64,000 nucleotides of DNA from the human T2T-CHM13v2.0 reference genome, Homo sapiens: NCBI RefSeq assembly GCF_009914755.1, contig NC_060929.1; one strand, 5' to 3'. The notes beneath the pieces were generated by a model. The model was not told where the DNA came from and searched no databases. It saw nothing but the letters and a program-made list of their open reading frames with translations. This document shows positions 14,241 to 29,605 of this stretch, piece by piece. A program made the translations under genes and the position numbers. Numbering within the stretch: position 1 is the stretch's first letter; every line of letters begins with the position of its first letter.

Positions 14241-15285
14241 ATTATTTAACTTTAACTTATAGAATATTTGTCCTCTGAAAAGCTCAATCCCGATAGCAGG
14301 GCTGCCAAGAAAAAAGGTAAAAGGAAATGCCCAAGTATGTTAAGAATCTTGGAAAATGTCAAACATTGATATTATAACAAATGATGTTTAATTTTTGTTC
14401 ATATTCTTATTAAAAGAACCTCATGGGATTTGGAAATATATTGGGAAGATACATGGTGAAGGTTAACACAGACAGGGAGTGCAAACAGGACTTTGCAAAA
14501 TATCTGAGAGTTAGCCATTGCTTTTACACCTGAGTCAACAGAAAACTGAATCACATTTATATTTCCACTCAATCTTGCCTTTTGGGTCAAAATATTTCAT
14601 AATCTTTTTTGAGATGAAGTCCAGCATTACCTCATTTTTTATGATGCATAGTCATGATTCTTCATTTGACATGGCATTTGGAAAGGCATTTGAGTTCCCT
14701 TCTTAGAATAATGGATGATGCCTGTATTTCTCAGATAGAATATTGCCATTGAAGGTATTTGATATGGTGAAACAGTGTTGCTGGTTTATGTACTTCAGTT
14801 GCTTTGTTTTGTAAGTTCATGAACCACATGGGAATTTAAATAACTTTGCAGTTTTGATACAAAGCCTTCTTACCTGGTCATTTACAATAGAAAGATCCAT
14901 CTCTGCAACTAATTCGTCTAAAGCCAGCTGTTGACCAATATCAAATATTTATTCCTGTGCCTCTCTTCTGACTAGATGCTTTGCCAACGTTTGTATCTCT
15001 TGTTATCTCTGGAGGTCAGTTATTTGCAACTTCTCTGAAACCTATACCTTTTTAATTCTCTTTTAAAATGCAGATTATTTGGCTCCATTTAGCGTCTGTT
15101 ATGGAAACAAGACATGAGTCCTTTATTTACTAAACCAGTAAAGATTAGAAAAATTGAGTAAATACTTTCTTCTTTGTCTATGTCATCATAAATTTTCAAC
15201 GTATGTGTTACAATATCACAGGAAACATATTCTAATGGAGCTGAGACTTTAAGGCTGGTACTGTATAATACATGAAAGTCTGGTT

Positions 15286-15371
15286 ACACACACAGACACA
15301 TGCATACACACACACACACAGACATGCACACACACACGAATACCCACCCATCCCCCCCCCACACACACACA
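15286..15371. repeat. Imperfect (CA)n microsatellite with embedded C-run
   Basis: Visible CA repeats interrupted by GA/TG units and a C9 run. Confidence 0.85.
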
Positions 15372-15639
15372 GGCAGAAAGAGAGTGAGAGAATATAAATT
15401 ATTTTAGTTGAAGTGCAACTTCAATTTTCCCAACTACTATTTTTGATCAGCTATTAGGGGCAAAAGTCATATTAGATCCTGTGGAAATAATGAAGATGAA
15501 AAATACATATTCCCCATTTCAGAGTGTTTATAATCTGGTAATGTGATATATAAGTATGATATTTGCTGCAAATTACTAGTTTAAACAAAAAAAGAAAATG
15601 TTTGAAGTTGCTCAATAAGTGGTTTAAGGATACATATGT

Positions 15640-15960
15640 TTGTGGGTCCTTCATGTTTGGTTAAGTCAAAAGCCCAATTATTTTCTCAAGAGCCAAGTTT
15701 CTTTTGTTGCTCCGTCATGTCATCCTTGGTTTTGGTGTTCTGCTCACTCTAGTGATCAATTTATCTGCAGCACTTCCAGGCATTACATCTCGAATAACAA
15801 TGACTAGAAGAAAATAAATATACACCATGTAATCTTGTGGATATCTTTCGTAAAACAGAGGAAATCCTTCCCTGGAGATAGCCCAGGAGTCTTCCCTTCT
15901 ATCTCTTATTGCCCAATATGAGGATCATAATTGATTGGAGCTGATCAATTGATCAATGTT
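15640..15960 (-). mobile_element. Old MaLR LTR (MLT1J/K-like) fragment
   Basis: GCAGCACTTCCAGGCATTACATC..GAGGAAATCCTTCCCTGGAG..CTTCTATCTCTTATTGCC resembles antisense MLT1. Confidence 0.35.
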
Positions 15961-16010
15961 CAGGAGTTAGCCAAAATATGAAGATAAGCTCAAATTACAA
16001 AAAAAAATAC

Positions 16011-16016
<6 letters not shown>

Positions 16017-16055
<39 letters not shown>
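16017..16055. repeat. (TA)n microsatellite (~19 units)
   Basis: Perfect TA run. Confidence 0.95.
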
Positions 16056-16057
<2 letters not shown>

Positions 16058-18701
16058 TAGTTTCATGAATATTATAGGAATATTATTGAAGTGTTATTGA
16101 AATGTAAAAGTGGCATGGGGTTTACAGGCAGGGGAAAATGACAATAATCTCTGTGGTTATTAGATAAATGAAGAAAGTGTCAAAAAATTTTCAGTCACCT
16201 TATTTATAGAATTTTTGTCATCTTACATCTATCATATCTATCATACCAGGATTATTTATTTTCTGTTGTGACACCGTACTGGAATTTCATAAGGACAGGA
16301 ATAGTGACAGTCTTATTCATCAATATGCCCCTCTTTGTTAAATAAATCAAAGAGTGAGTGAATGGTTTTGGAGACTTTGTAGAATTTTAGCAGCCAAGAT
16401 GAGAGTATTCTAGGTACAGGGACCGTCATTAGCAAAGTTATAAATCAGGAAAGCTCAGACACTTGCCTGAATCTCCAGGCAAGTATAGTAGAAGAGTGAG
16501 AATCTACGCTGGGATTACAGTTCAGAGGATGAAATGCATGATTTTTTAGCTTCCATTAAGGAGAATTAATATTTCAGAGTTGGATGGTGATTGAGTAAGG
16601 GCACTGTTTTAGTAAGAAAATCTAGGCAATGATATGTTAGATATATTATAAGAGGAAGAAAGTCAATATGGGACTCCTGACTAGAGGCTGTATCAATATT
16701 TGGAAAGAGCTAAGATCCTGATTTGGGATAAACAGATGGGAAAAATGCAATAAATACATATCTAACAATGTTACAGGTGAGAATTGAGAGGAATTATAAA
16801 TAAATAGGAAAGGAATAAATTAGCAATGGAATAACTAAGAGAAACAACAACAGAATAATAGATATCAGAAACAAGCATTATATTGTTTTGTTGGATTTTT
16901 TTCCAGGAATCATGGGTTGCAGAGACAGCATGTTATAATGAAAAAAGGCAATAGTTCCTCTAGTTGAATGACTTGGGTCCAGATTCCTGAGTCATTTATA
17001 TTAAAAAATGTTTAATATTAGAAATTTTTAAGAATGACACAATCGTAAAAGTCAGATTAAATGCCTTCGAAAATTAAGTAAATTATTAATGATTTATAGA
17101 AACCTCAAAAGGAGTCTATGATTAAGGAAAGAGTTAGAATAACGTTATGGCGGGAGAAGTATAGAATGGGAATTAAAAAGGAAATGTTGGAATACATTAA
17201 CAAATTTTGCCTAACAATTATTCAGTTGTTGCCTAATATGTCTTGGCTTTAACCATATATTTGTAGAACAGAAAAGGGTATTATGATGTCTTCCAATCTT
17301 CTGCTTTGCATTCAACAGATAACAATTAAAATTGTTTGGATGTGTAAAACCTGCTTAATTTTTTAAGAGATTTAAAAAAAAAAGAGATTTCATAAATAGT
17401 CTGTATGTAACTGGGCGACAAATATCAGTCTCTACCAAGAAATTATTCTTGCAACTAGAGTTAATCACATATAACAAAAAGTAAGGTTATTCATTTTTAG
17501 TTTGTCACTCTGTATAGACTGTATTTGACCGACGCCTTTGGTAATACTTGACTTATTTCAAGTATGTTATAATATCACTATTCAAATTATTTCTTTACTA
17601 ATTCTAATCTCTGAAAGAGTTACTCATAAATTCAGTCTTTAAAACCTGTAATTGCTTTTGGCTTACTTCTGAACCCTGCTTAAAAGTTTATGATCCTTTT
17701 ACATTTTATACAGCCTAGAAAATGTTGCAGATCTTTGCATAAGTATCCACATGTCAAGCCTCATCTTCATGCCATTTACTAAAGCACTTTACAAAAAACT
17801 CGTGTTTATAAGTAGCAAGAGAAAACTGCCAGTTTACATAATTTTGTTTGGAGGGAAGAGGTATTGAGATCTTGAGTTAGGGGCTAGCAGAGAAATAATA
17901 CAGCAATAAATGCATATTTAGCTGTGCAGAGAGGACTTATTACACTATTAGATATAGCATTTTGGAAAGGAATGGGTTAGCAATTAACTAAAATTAGAAG
18001 ATTAAGGAAAGTATGAGAAGTTTTTGGAATATATATTACTGATAAGTATATTTAGCTTCCTTGTATATAGAACTTCTCTGAGTATTAATATGCTAATTTC
18101 CAATGTAAATATACAGTTTAGAAAAGGATGTTATACATTGTAGTCACTAGATGTTTTTAAATCATGGCTTCTATTTTCAAAGTGGTGATACTTTGCTGAA
18201 CCTAGTTATATGCTATAAATAACAGCTAATATTTATTGAGTGTCTTTAATAGTTTCATGTTTAGTAGCTTCACTTTTTTTACCTCATTTCACTGTTCATA
18301 ACTCTGTAATGTAGGGTATTAGCTTTTTTTAATAAATAAGGATTCAAGCCTTTGAAAGATCAGTTATGTTCCTGGTGTAGCAAATGGCAAAATCAGAGTT
18401 AAACTGTTTGTTCCACCACCAGTATGCTTCCCTGCCTTCCCTTACATTCAGAATTTGTTAAGCTCAGTATAGAAGCTTTCTGCCTGAGAGATGGCTGTTT
18501 GGAGTAACATTATTTTTCTATTTTTCTTTCAAGAGAATAAATATCTCTATTATTTTTAAATGAATGACTATTACATACAGAGCTGAAAGTGGCAACAACC
18601 AGGACATTTCCCCAAAACAAATATCTTTAAAGAGAACCAACACTAAAAGTTTATTTTCTTTCAGAGAGAGAATTGATGGGAGGGTTAAATACGGGGTTAG
18701 T

Positions 18702-19112
18702 CAGTGATGTGCTGGCAAATGTTTTACAACCGGCTTTTTGAGGTGGGAAGGCAAAGCCCTGGTTTGTAGTATTTGCCCGTTCTTACAGTGTCAGTACTCC
18801 CATGGTAGCTTATTTCAAGCTACAAACTTGATGTCACTGAATGTGGAATTGGAAAGAGATGCACAAGAGCACACCTTTATATGGAATTTTTAGGTTACAC
18901 AATAGATATAAATGCCCTCAAGACCATGGATAATAGTAAACCATTAGGAAGTAACACGTTTTGAATGGTTATTGCTTTTGTTTTTAATATGATTAATTGT
19001 GAGTTTATATAGTTTAATTTTTAATAATCGTTTAACAATTGGCTCACAAATTCCAGAAATTTTAAGAAATGGCTCTTGCAAGTCAGTGCACGCTGGCTCG
19101 AGCACACCACTG
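18702..19112 (+). mobile_element. MER63B-like hAT-Blackjack DNA transposon (orientation nominal)
   Basis: TIRs CAGTGATGTGCTGG ... CGAGCACACCACTG. Degenerate 8-bp TSD GGGTTAGT / GGGTGGAT. Confidence 0.8.
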
Positions 19113-19956
19113 GGGTGGATTGGAAGAAGATATAACTTAAGTCATGTTGGAAATAAATTGTCTAAGGGAATATTTTAGGTCTATTTTAATATTCTTTTCT
19201 CCTATTATTTTGAAGTTAGTATGAGTATTAATTTTAAGGTAATGGAAACAGTGGTATTTTTCTCTAGGAAGTTAACAATGCATTTCTTGCCGATTTACAT
19301 TTATCACTCAGATTTATAGTGTATGACAGTCAAGGAAGCCCACATGATTCACTGTTAGGATGAAGATCAAGAGTAATTTTACCCCAGAGATGAATGAAAA
19401 TAGCAGAATCTATTTTTGAGGATCATTGTGATTTTTTACTACTATTGACTATACAGGGTTTATGAGTTATCTGGCTTCTTATTTTTACTTCAATTCAAAA
19501 AGAAATATGATAACTGGGTTTAAGCATAAAGTAAACAGATGTAGCTCCAGCCTATGGCCATTTGGAAGCTGGTTTAGATTACTGAATGACATTAAAAAGC
19601 TGGGGAGTACATTTTATAATTTGCAATATAATATGGGAAAAATCTACCATGTTATTTTCTGGGTTATTAGATTAAGAAAATATTTTACATATTAAACTAC
19701 AGAAATGGTGAAAATATATTCTTCAGTCTTATTTCCCACTAGACTTTTAAATACTTGTTTTCTTGGGAGATAAAAATGATGGTAGTATCTTGCTTATTAT
19801 ATTTTTATAAGGCACCCCGTAATAAATTAAATTATATAACTTATATTAATCTTCTATGAATAAATTCTCTCATCATTATTCTGTATTTGTGATATTAACT
19901 CTGAATATTATATAGTGTATATTTTTGGACATTTTCTTCAGAAAATCAGAAACTAG

Positions 19957-20219
19957 TGGGAGGCCTAGGTGGGCAGATCACGAGGTCAAGAGATTGAGAC
20001 CATCCTGGCCAACACGATGAAACCCTCTCTCTACAAAAAATGCAAAAATTAACTGGGTGTGGCAGCGCGCGTCTGTAGTGCCAGCTACTCAGGAGGCTGA
20101 GGCAGGAGAATTGCTTGAACCCGGAAGTGGAGGTTGCAGTGAGCCAAGATCATGCGACTGCACTCCAGCCTGGTGACAGAACAAGACTCCTTCTAAAAAA
20201 AAAAAAGAAAAAGAAAGAA
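19957..20219 (+). mobile_element. 5'-truncated AluSc
   Basis: AluSc diagnostics GATCACGAGGTCAAGAGATTGAGACCATCC and CCAGCCTGGTGACAG. TSD AAAATCAGAAAC (19942-19953) / AAAATCTGAAAC (20220-20231). Confidence 0.9.
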
Positions 20220-20299
20220 AAAATCTGAAACATGCAAAAAGAAAGAATAAGAAATAAATCATTCAAACTTCAACTAGTTCAGATTATCAAATGATTTTT

Positions 20300-22036
<1,737 letters not shown>

Positions 22037-22334
22037 TCAAATGATTTTTATACCTGGATTATTTTTATACTTTCAAGTTCTTTCACTTGGTTTTGTGTAG
22101 ACTTCATTTATGACTGTTTCTATGGATGTACATTAATATAAAGATCAAGTCAACTGTTTTGATCATCGATTTAGATGATTCTATGGAAAAGAAATATTTG
22201 CAATGGTGTCTATGTTTCTTTTGTTTATTGATATTCTACATGGACATCATGAATTGGACCTGTGGTAAATGTTTGTTTCCTGTAGGTTTCTGTATAGTAT
22301 AGCAGTCATGATATACTTTGGAGTCATATAAGCT

Positions 22335-22960
22335 TGTTACTTTTAGTATGTATTACTTTCTTCCAAAAAGTACAGTATGGAAAGATAGAGGAAAAATAAG
22401 AGAACTTTATATTGGAGAAACTGACAAATACTACCTGAAGGCAAGTGGACCAGCTTAATATCAATGTAATAAATCATATTTTTAGTAAGTATTATTGATG
22501 TGATGTGTTAAGAATGGCGTTTTCCCTCTGTGGTCTTCTCAAAAACACATTTCCTTAGTCTAACCATAAGAAAAGTATAGACAAACCCCAACTGAATGAC
22601 ATTCAACAAAATGCCTGACTAATAATCCTCAAAACTGCTAAGGTCATGAAAAACAAGGAATATCTGAGAAATTGAGAGAGCCTAAGGAGACATGATACAT
22701 ACAGTATCTTCAATGGGATCGTGCAACAGAAAAGGGACATTAGGTGAAGACTGAGGCCATCTCAGTGAAGTATGGGCATTAGATAATAATAATATTAATA
22801 TATTTATATTGGTTTATTAATTGTAAAAAAGTACCATACTAATGTAAGATGCTAAAAATAGGGGAAACTGAGTGAAGGGTGTATGTTAACTCTCTGGACT
22901 ATTTTCTCAACAATTCAGTAAATCTAAAAATGTTCTAAAATAAAAAGATTATTTAAAATA
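22335..22960 (+). mobile_element. L1MC/L1MD-type 3'UTR fragment
   Basis: GGAGAAACTGACAAATACTACC..CCTCAAAACTG..AAGGTCATGAAAAACAAGGAA..GGAGACATGA..AAATCTAAAAATGTTCTAAAATAAAA. Confidence 0.7.
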
Positions 22961-22964
22961 ACAG

Positions 22965-23290
22965 TGCAGATATATTTCATCATTCACCTAAAATGCAGCC
23001 GAGTAATCTAGACATAAGAGTGTGTATGAGATATTAATCTATTTAGATAAAGTTCAAGGATAGGCAAAATTAATTCATGCTATTATAAATCAAGAAAAAT
23101 GGTTTCACTTGGGAGAGGAAAGTGACTGTGGAAGGAGCACAAGGTGTTTTCTGGGAGGGCCTGTGGTATTCAGATTCTTGGTCTCTATGTTGGTCCCATG
23201 GATGTTCACCTTGGAAAAAAAACAGTTGAGCTATAATTATGATTTTTATATTTGTCTGTATATATAATTCAATAAAAGTAAAAAAAAAAA
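22965..23290 (+). mobile_element. L1ME-type 3'-end fragment
   Basis: AAAGTTCAAGGATAGGCAAAATTAATTCATG..GGAGCACAAGG..TTCAATAAAAGT-A tail. Confidence 0.6.
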
Positions 23291-23907
23291 GTATTTTTTC
23301 ACTGGCATTTGGATTATATACATTATAAAGGGTTATTAAGCATTAAACACCAAAATGCATTTTGTGTAAAATGATTTTTTAAAATTAAGAAACAGTATAG
23401 TATTAACCCATAAGTATAATAATAAGTGTTATATTGGTATATCTTTTTTGCATTATTTAAATTTTTACCATGTCTGTTTTTAAAAAAATCACAATACACA
23501 TCCTTAGAAAAACAAAGGTATTCTAGAAATAAAGAGATAAATCTTAATCAGAGGTAGGAAGGGATATCTGCAGTCAAGAGCACTGATTACCATTTATTTG
23601 ACTTAGGCCTAGGTTTATGGTGAGTGTACTTCTGTAAATAATTATAAATCAACTGTACAATGCTTCACATTAAAAAAAAATAGAACAAAGTTAATGCAGT
23701 CATTTATTCTCACTAGAAGTGATGCATTTCTCCAGTCCCTGATGGGCAGCCCTCTTGTGCCATACACCTCATGTTTATGTGCCTCTCATGATGACCTGCC
23801 TGCACACATCAAAATGACCTTTTAAAAGTGAGTAATGCCTTAGCTTAAACCTCTTTCATGACCCCTCCTCACTATCTGGATAAAAATCTAAACTCCTAAA
23901 CAAGACT

Positions 23908-24309
23908 ATGGCACAGACTGTTAATTGTCCCTTAACAAATTACTGATTCTTCTTCAATAAAGTAATATCCAAAAGGTAGCTAGGCAAGTGACCACCCTGT
24001 CCCAAAAACCTACATTTCTCAAACTCTTTTGTAACTAGTAGATGTGACAGATAATGTAGACCCAGCCAATAGAGTTTAAGTGATGTGAACAACTTTCAGG
24101 AAATATCCTCTGAGGAGGTGTGTTTGATTTGCTGCCCCTTCTCCCTTTTTTGCTGCTTGGAATGCAGACATGATGGCTGCAAGTCATCTTGGACCACAAG
24201 TTAGAAGACGCAAATTGAATATGCACTGGACTACCTACTTTACATGAGAATAAGAGACTTCTAACTCATTCAAGCTCCTTTTATTTTGAGTATTGAATCT
24301 AATCCTAAT
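23908..24309 (+). mobile_element. MLT1I/J-like MaLR solo LTR
   Basis: CTACATTTCTC..CAGCCAATAGAG..GCTTGGAATGCAGACATGATGGCTG..CATCTTGGACCAC..CTGGACTACCTAC..AATCCTAAT. Confidence 0.6.
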
Positions 24310-24479
24310 TTTTTTGTTTCTACCCCCATGTAACCTTTGCTTCTTTGCATAGGAAACTAGATAATGGACTTACTAGGAGAAGACAAAATTTAATGGCCTT
24401 TTTTTCCCTAGTATATAACAAACTACTTGACACATAAGAGTTGCCACAAAAAGTGTCTTTTTTTTTTAACTTGGTTAAA

Positions 24480-24965
24480 TATAAATATCACCTCCAACAA
24501 AAATTAAATTCAGAGATACATTGAAAAGCTAAAAAAAATCTCAAATTATCTTCCATCTCCATTGATTCAGGAGGGGAAAAATAAGAAGGAATTTGAAAGA
24601 TACACAACAGAGAGAAAAGGTAAACCTCAAATATTATGAATAATTTCAGAGTGAGAGAGAATATACTACATCCCTTAAAAAGAATATGATTCTATGAAAA
24701 TATGTAATAAAAATAAGAAAGGGTCCTCATATGTAAACATATTATGACCATGTTTAAAACTTCAGTAAAAGAGTTGAATGGTAAAAGCCCTAAACAGTAC
24801 AAGACAGAAATAGAAAAAATGAGGGAAAAAAAGATAAAAACATTGTAGGAACAACCCAGGACATCCATTACCCAACTATTAGAGATTATCAGAAAGAGAG
24901 AGGGAAGGATTAGAGAAGGGAGAACGATCAAAAACATAATATATAAACACATCTCAAAACAAAAA
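24480..24965 (+). mobile_element. HAL1-like ORF1 fragment
   Basis: A-rich sequence (AAAACTTCAGTAAAAGAGTTGAATG..CCAGGACATCCATTACCCAACTATTAGAG) resembling HAL1. Confidence 0.4.
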
Positions 24966-25998
24966 CAAATGATGCTCAATATATACTTACTGAAGTATTC
25001 ATATATGCATTCTTTATCTCATGTACACCAATCATAATTATTGATCATATATTACCTGCCAGAATATATACTAGCTACTGAAAAGAAAAAGAGAAATAAA
25101 ATGATATTTCTGATTTCCAGTCTCCACCCATCCCTCTGCTCACTTATTTTTTATGTTAACTCAGGCCTGTGGTAATGATAAATATTTAATAATACAATAC
25201 TTAATAATGAATGCTTATTTTCTCTTGGTGATTGTGTATATTAGCTGATAGACATTAAGTCTATAAAATTTACCTGTACAAATTACTAAAAAGAAATGTA
25301 TAATGTTAGCAAGAATTTTCAATGGATGATTTATCTTCAAATCAATAATTGACCTTTTTTTTTTTTTTAAAAAAAAAAGAGGTTTTTATGGTCCCTAATA
25401 GTTTAGCGTAAAAATAAAGCATAAAAAGAGATGGACCTATTATTATAGACATATATAGAAGCATTTGTACAAACAAGTAAAAAGAAGGAGAGGAAGTGTT
25501 AGAAGTAGTAGTTTGACAATATCTGATAACCAAATTTAGTGCTTCATTTTCCCCCAAAATATTTCTTTACTCAATTTGTCTTATGAAAACTCACGGATAT
25601 GGTCTGTGGGATTGTACATTAAAACACCCTAGTATGGAACACAATAAAATAAAACCATGCAATCACATGACTCATGGTAATGTGAATTTGGATGATAGCA
25701 ATTGACTTTTTTTTGTTTGTTTTTTTTTTTTCTGAATGCAACCCATATTTTCAAATGAAGGTGGTCAAATGAGAAGGCTAAATGTGAAGAGAAGTGAGAC
25801 ACCCTCTTGAAGATCTAGGTGGATTTAGGAAAGGTCGTTATATTCTTGGTATCCATCATTCCCAATTCCTTGGATAGGGATGATAAGACAGGTTCCAGCC
25901 ACCAGAAGATCCCTTGAATCACTATCACTGTCCAGGAACCCCAGCCAGTTACTGAACCGAGCCTTTTACCTGTTTTATATTTTAGACAGAGCATGCAG

Positions 25999-26017
25999 TT
26001 GCCACCAGGTGGTGCCA
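25999..26017 (+). promoter_or_regulatory. Candidate CTCF binding site
   Basis: TTGCCACCAGGTGGTGCCA closely matches the CTCF core TGGCCACCAG(G/A)(G/T)GGC(G/A)C, in sequence with no repeat I can recognise. Confidence 0.55.
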
Positions 26018-27321
26018 AATTCCAACTGGGACTTGGATTTGGAGTACACAGTCAGACCCAGAATTCCAAACCCCCTAACTGCTTGGTTCATTTCGTTATT
26101 CTCAAAATATCATCACCACCTTTTCACCAATGACTGTCTTTGAGCCTTCTTACCACATTATGAAAGGATTTTACTGCGCTTTAATTTCTGCTGACTGAAG
26201 TTCTGCAAGTACACTATCTTCAGGCAATCATGGAAGAAGTCAACTGAGTAGTTAGCTTGTATAGCTAACTTATAATATCTTTGCCTATCTTTGGTTCAAT
26301 TACTTCTTTTCTTATAGCACCTCTCTTCTTAACGGATGTAAGATAAGTGGTAGCTATCATGTGAAAACTGTTATCTTCCTCCATAATCTATCATGTCACA
26401 TTAAGCTCCAAAGAAAATAGAAAGCCATTCTAACAGTAGTAATCACTCTCAAAAAAAAAAAAAAAAAAAATTACTAAAGTACTTACCAGACACTCTGGAA
26501 TAAGGGAAAAATCGTTATAAGTATGATGCCAATATCTAAAATCCAGTATAATTAGTTGTGACAAAAAATATGCTATGAAAAGCGCACATTTCAGTTAACA
26601 TATTTATGTACACCTTGCCAAAGTAGCTTTTTACCAGTTTTAAAAATAGCCACTTCTATAATTTTTGTGTCTATTATAAACAAATATAAGCAATTTAAGT
26701 AATCAGCCAATTATTGACTTAGTATCATACATAAGTGATATATTTGTGCTTAATGTTTCTGTAGTAAACTGTTTGGGAATTTATTTCATTCAACCTACGT
26801 TTATTATGAGATTACCAACTGTCTGTGCACAGAATAATGTTCCTTTTATTGAAGGCTTCTTTAAGAAGAAAACATATCCAAATGATTTTTGTAGGAATAT
26901 TTGAGGTTAAAATAAAAGAGGTTAGAATTTTTATTCCTTGGGGCTTTGGAATGAGAAATGTCTGCATTTAACTTTATAGGAGCCACGTGATTTTTTAAAT
27001 TAAAGAGCTTAGATTGTTCGAAAGAAGATTGCACCTCAGTTATTTTTATATATGGAAAAATCATCACAAAATCAAACTGATTTATTTCTTTTAACTTGCT
27101 GAGTTCTTAGTATAGTTCAGCTACTGTTTTGCTCATAGAGCTCTAAAGGTAAATTAGAAATGATCTACATGTATTTTGGTGTTTAAGGGAGACAAACAAT
27201 TAGCATGCCTCTTGCCAGCCCAGGTTTTAAACCAATTGAGGATAAACTTAGAGTAAGCAGATTGAAGCTGAGATAACACCTAAGTTTCTGATAAACGGCA
27301 GCTTGAAGAATGACTCTTGTG

Positions 27322-27526
27322 CAGTGGTGTGCTTGAGCCAGCTTATAGGGGGCTTGTGAAAGCTAATTATTTACACATTCTCCTAGTTCCATGTTCAGTG
27401 ACCTCATGTTGGTGCCTTGAAATCAAATTGTGTGGGAATATTTGCACTATGAAAATTGGTAAATGACACATTGGGGATTTTTTTACCCTGGAGAGCTGGT
27501 TGTTAGACATTTAACAGAATGCTACC
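27322..27526 (-). mobile_element. MER63A-like hAT element (opposite orientation to the copy at 18702)
   Basis: CAGTGGTGTGCTTGAGCCAGC...GAGAGCTGGTTGTTAGACATTTAACAG; ~205 bp. Confidence 0.7.
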
Positions 27527-28014
27527 CACTTTCTGCAAGGATATCTTAGTCTAAATACTGAATCCCAGAGTTACCCATTCAGTCCCACAAGATGAATATT
27601 CCCTGCACCTGGAGCTAAACAAGTGGCTTCTCTTCACATAACTTATTCATCAGAGGAAGGGAAAAGGAAGACCTTTAATTATGTATGCTCTTTCCAGACT
27701 CTCCTGTTTATTCTGCCTTCCCAAGGACAGAAGAAGTGAGGATGTGACAACTTGGAAGAAAGCATTAGGAATGTGAACGCATGTTCCCCCACCTATTGCC
27801 TCCCACCTTCTGCTTTTTGTTCATTTTTTGGAATTTACCATTAAGAACTGAACTTTACTAAGGGTGTGATTGTCGCCATATGGGAAGGATATTGACATTC
27901 CTTTAGGGCATTTTCTAATGCTATCCCAACACCAACGTGCTATCCCAATACCAACCATTGTTTCTTTGAGTACCTTCCTGGGAATACTGGTGATGAGGTT
28001 TTGTGGGTTTTGAT

Positions 28015-28041
28015 GTTGTTGTTGTTGTTGTTGTTGTTGTT
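28015..28041. repeat. (GTT)9 microsatellite
   Basis: Perfect GTT repeat; explains the poly-Q in spurious ORF 27821-28186. Confidence 0.95.
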
Positions 28042-29419
28042 CCCAGAGAGCTCTAACTATTGGACCCATGTTTGAAAATGAAATATTAGTAGATTTAAAT
28101 TCAATTTTCCCTCTGCAAATACAACTACAGAATTTTCTTGCACTTTTTTTTTCTGCAACAATATGTGATTTCACAATGGAAGGCATCCCTCACATTGTAC
28201 TGAGAAGCTCACAGTCGGGTAACTCTCCAGTGTGACATGTATGTCTGCCCAGTATATCAACTCCAGCCTCACTTAGGTTTATAGGTTTTCGATATTTCTG
28301 CAGCTGTTGTAACAGTTTCCCATGAGTGGGGGAAAAAAAAAAAAAAAGCTCTGAATTCTCTTGTTCTTCATGGAACCAACACTTGTACGATGTCCAGACA
28401 GCACTAGGGAAACATTAAGCAAATCGGAAATACTCGTGTTCACTATTTCACTTTCCCCATAAAGCCCTGAAATTGTTCCAAATAATATAATTAAATAAAT
28501 TCTGAAGGCTCTCTGTATTCAAGTCTAAAAATTTACTTGCTAATCTCTTTCTGATCCTGTATTATTTCCAATCTCACTGTCTAGTAGAAGCTTTGAAATT
28601 TGATGAAAGACAAAAATAAGATACTACAACAATACATATGCATATGGAACTCCAAGACATAAAGATAAAATTTATATAAGGAACTCCAATAATAAAATGC
28701 CAGCAGTAGGAGTCCCTACGTAAATAAATCTGCTCCCATTTTTCTAATTATATGAGAGTGAAATCATATTTAAAAATTAATACTTTTTAAAGGTGAAATC
28801 CAGAAATATAGTCTGAAATCAAATTATCTTGCACTTGTTCATCTAAAAGTCTAAAGAAGTAGTATTTCCTTCTTTTTTTATTTCTTCATCTCTCTCTCCC
28901 TCCTGCCCTCCCCAGTCCTTGCCAACTTCTTATTCTTCCCTCTGGTCACAATCAGGGTTCTTTCAGCAGTTCAGTGTGGGTTTTCTCTTTCTCTCTCACC
29001 TGCGACCCCCCATCATAGTTCTTTTAAGGTCTCATATGTTATATTAGTTTGATTCCAAGTCTTTCATGAACCATACTTTAAAATGCTCAAAGGGTTCATT
29101 GGATGTACACAATTATCAAAAGCACTGGCCCCACAAAATAAAAGTTCAAAGGTGAACCAATTTGATTCCAGGACCTAGTAGTTGTGGTTTTTCAAAGACC
29201 ATCCTTTATTTTTATTCTATTTCTTTGTTGGCTAGATTTCATTGTCAATTCCATTATTTTTTAAAGAAGCATTCAAGATATCTGTAGTCTGTGTTTTCTT
29301 GGTTCCTTGAGAGTTTCTGTTTGTTTTCTCTGTAATTGGATAATTTGGCAATTTTTAAATGTCAAATATAAAATGTAATATATTTTCTCCTTCAGAATGT
29401 ATAGACCTACCCACTGAAT

Positions 29420-29605
29420 ATGTTTTCATTGATATATAATACTTGTACATATTTTCAGGGTACATGTGATATTTTGATACATTCATGTGATATATAATGA
29501 TCAAGGCAGGTAATTGGGATATCTATCATCTCAAACATTTATCTTTTCTTTATGCTAGGAATATTGCATTTATAGCTATTTTGAAATATACAGTAGATTA
29601 ATATT
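29420..29605 (-). mobile_element. L1MA-type 3'-end fragment
   Basis: GTACATATTTTCAGGGTACATGTGATATTTTGATAC..AATGATCAAGGCAGGTAATTGGGATATC..AGCTATTTTGAAATATAC. Confidence 0.7.

Noticed and set aside
26440-26480. CTC + A20 as an ultra-truncated Alu insertion
   Set aside because: Only 3-5 nt of Alu-like sequence and a 7-bp imperfect flanking repeat; indistinguishable from a simple A-run.
27821-28186. Poly-Q containing ORF
   Set aside because: The poly-Q is simply the (GTT)9 microsatellite read on the minus strand.
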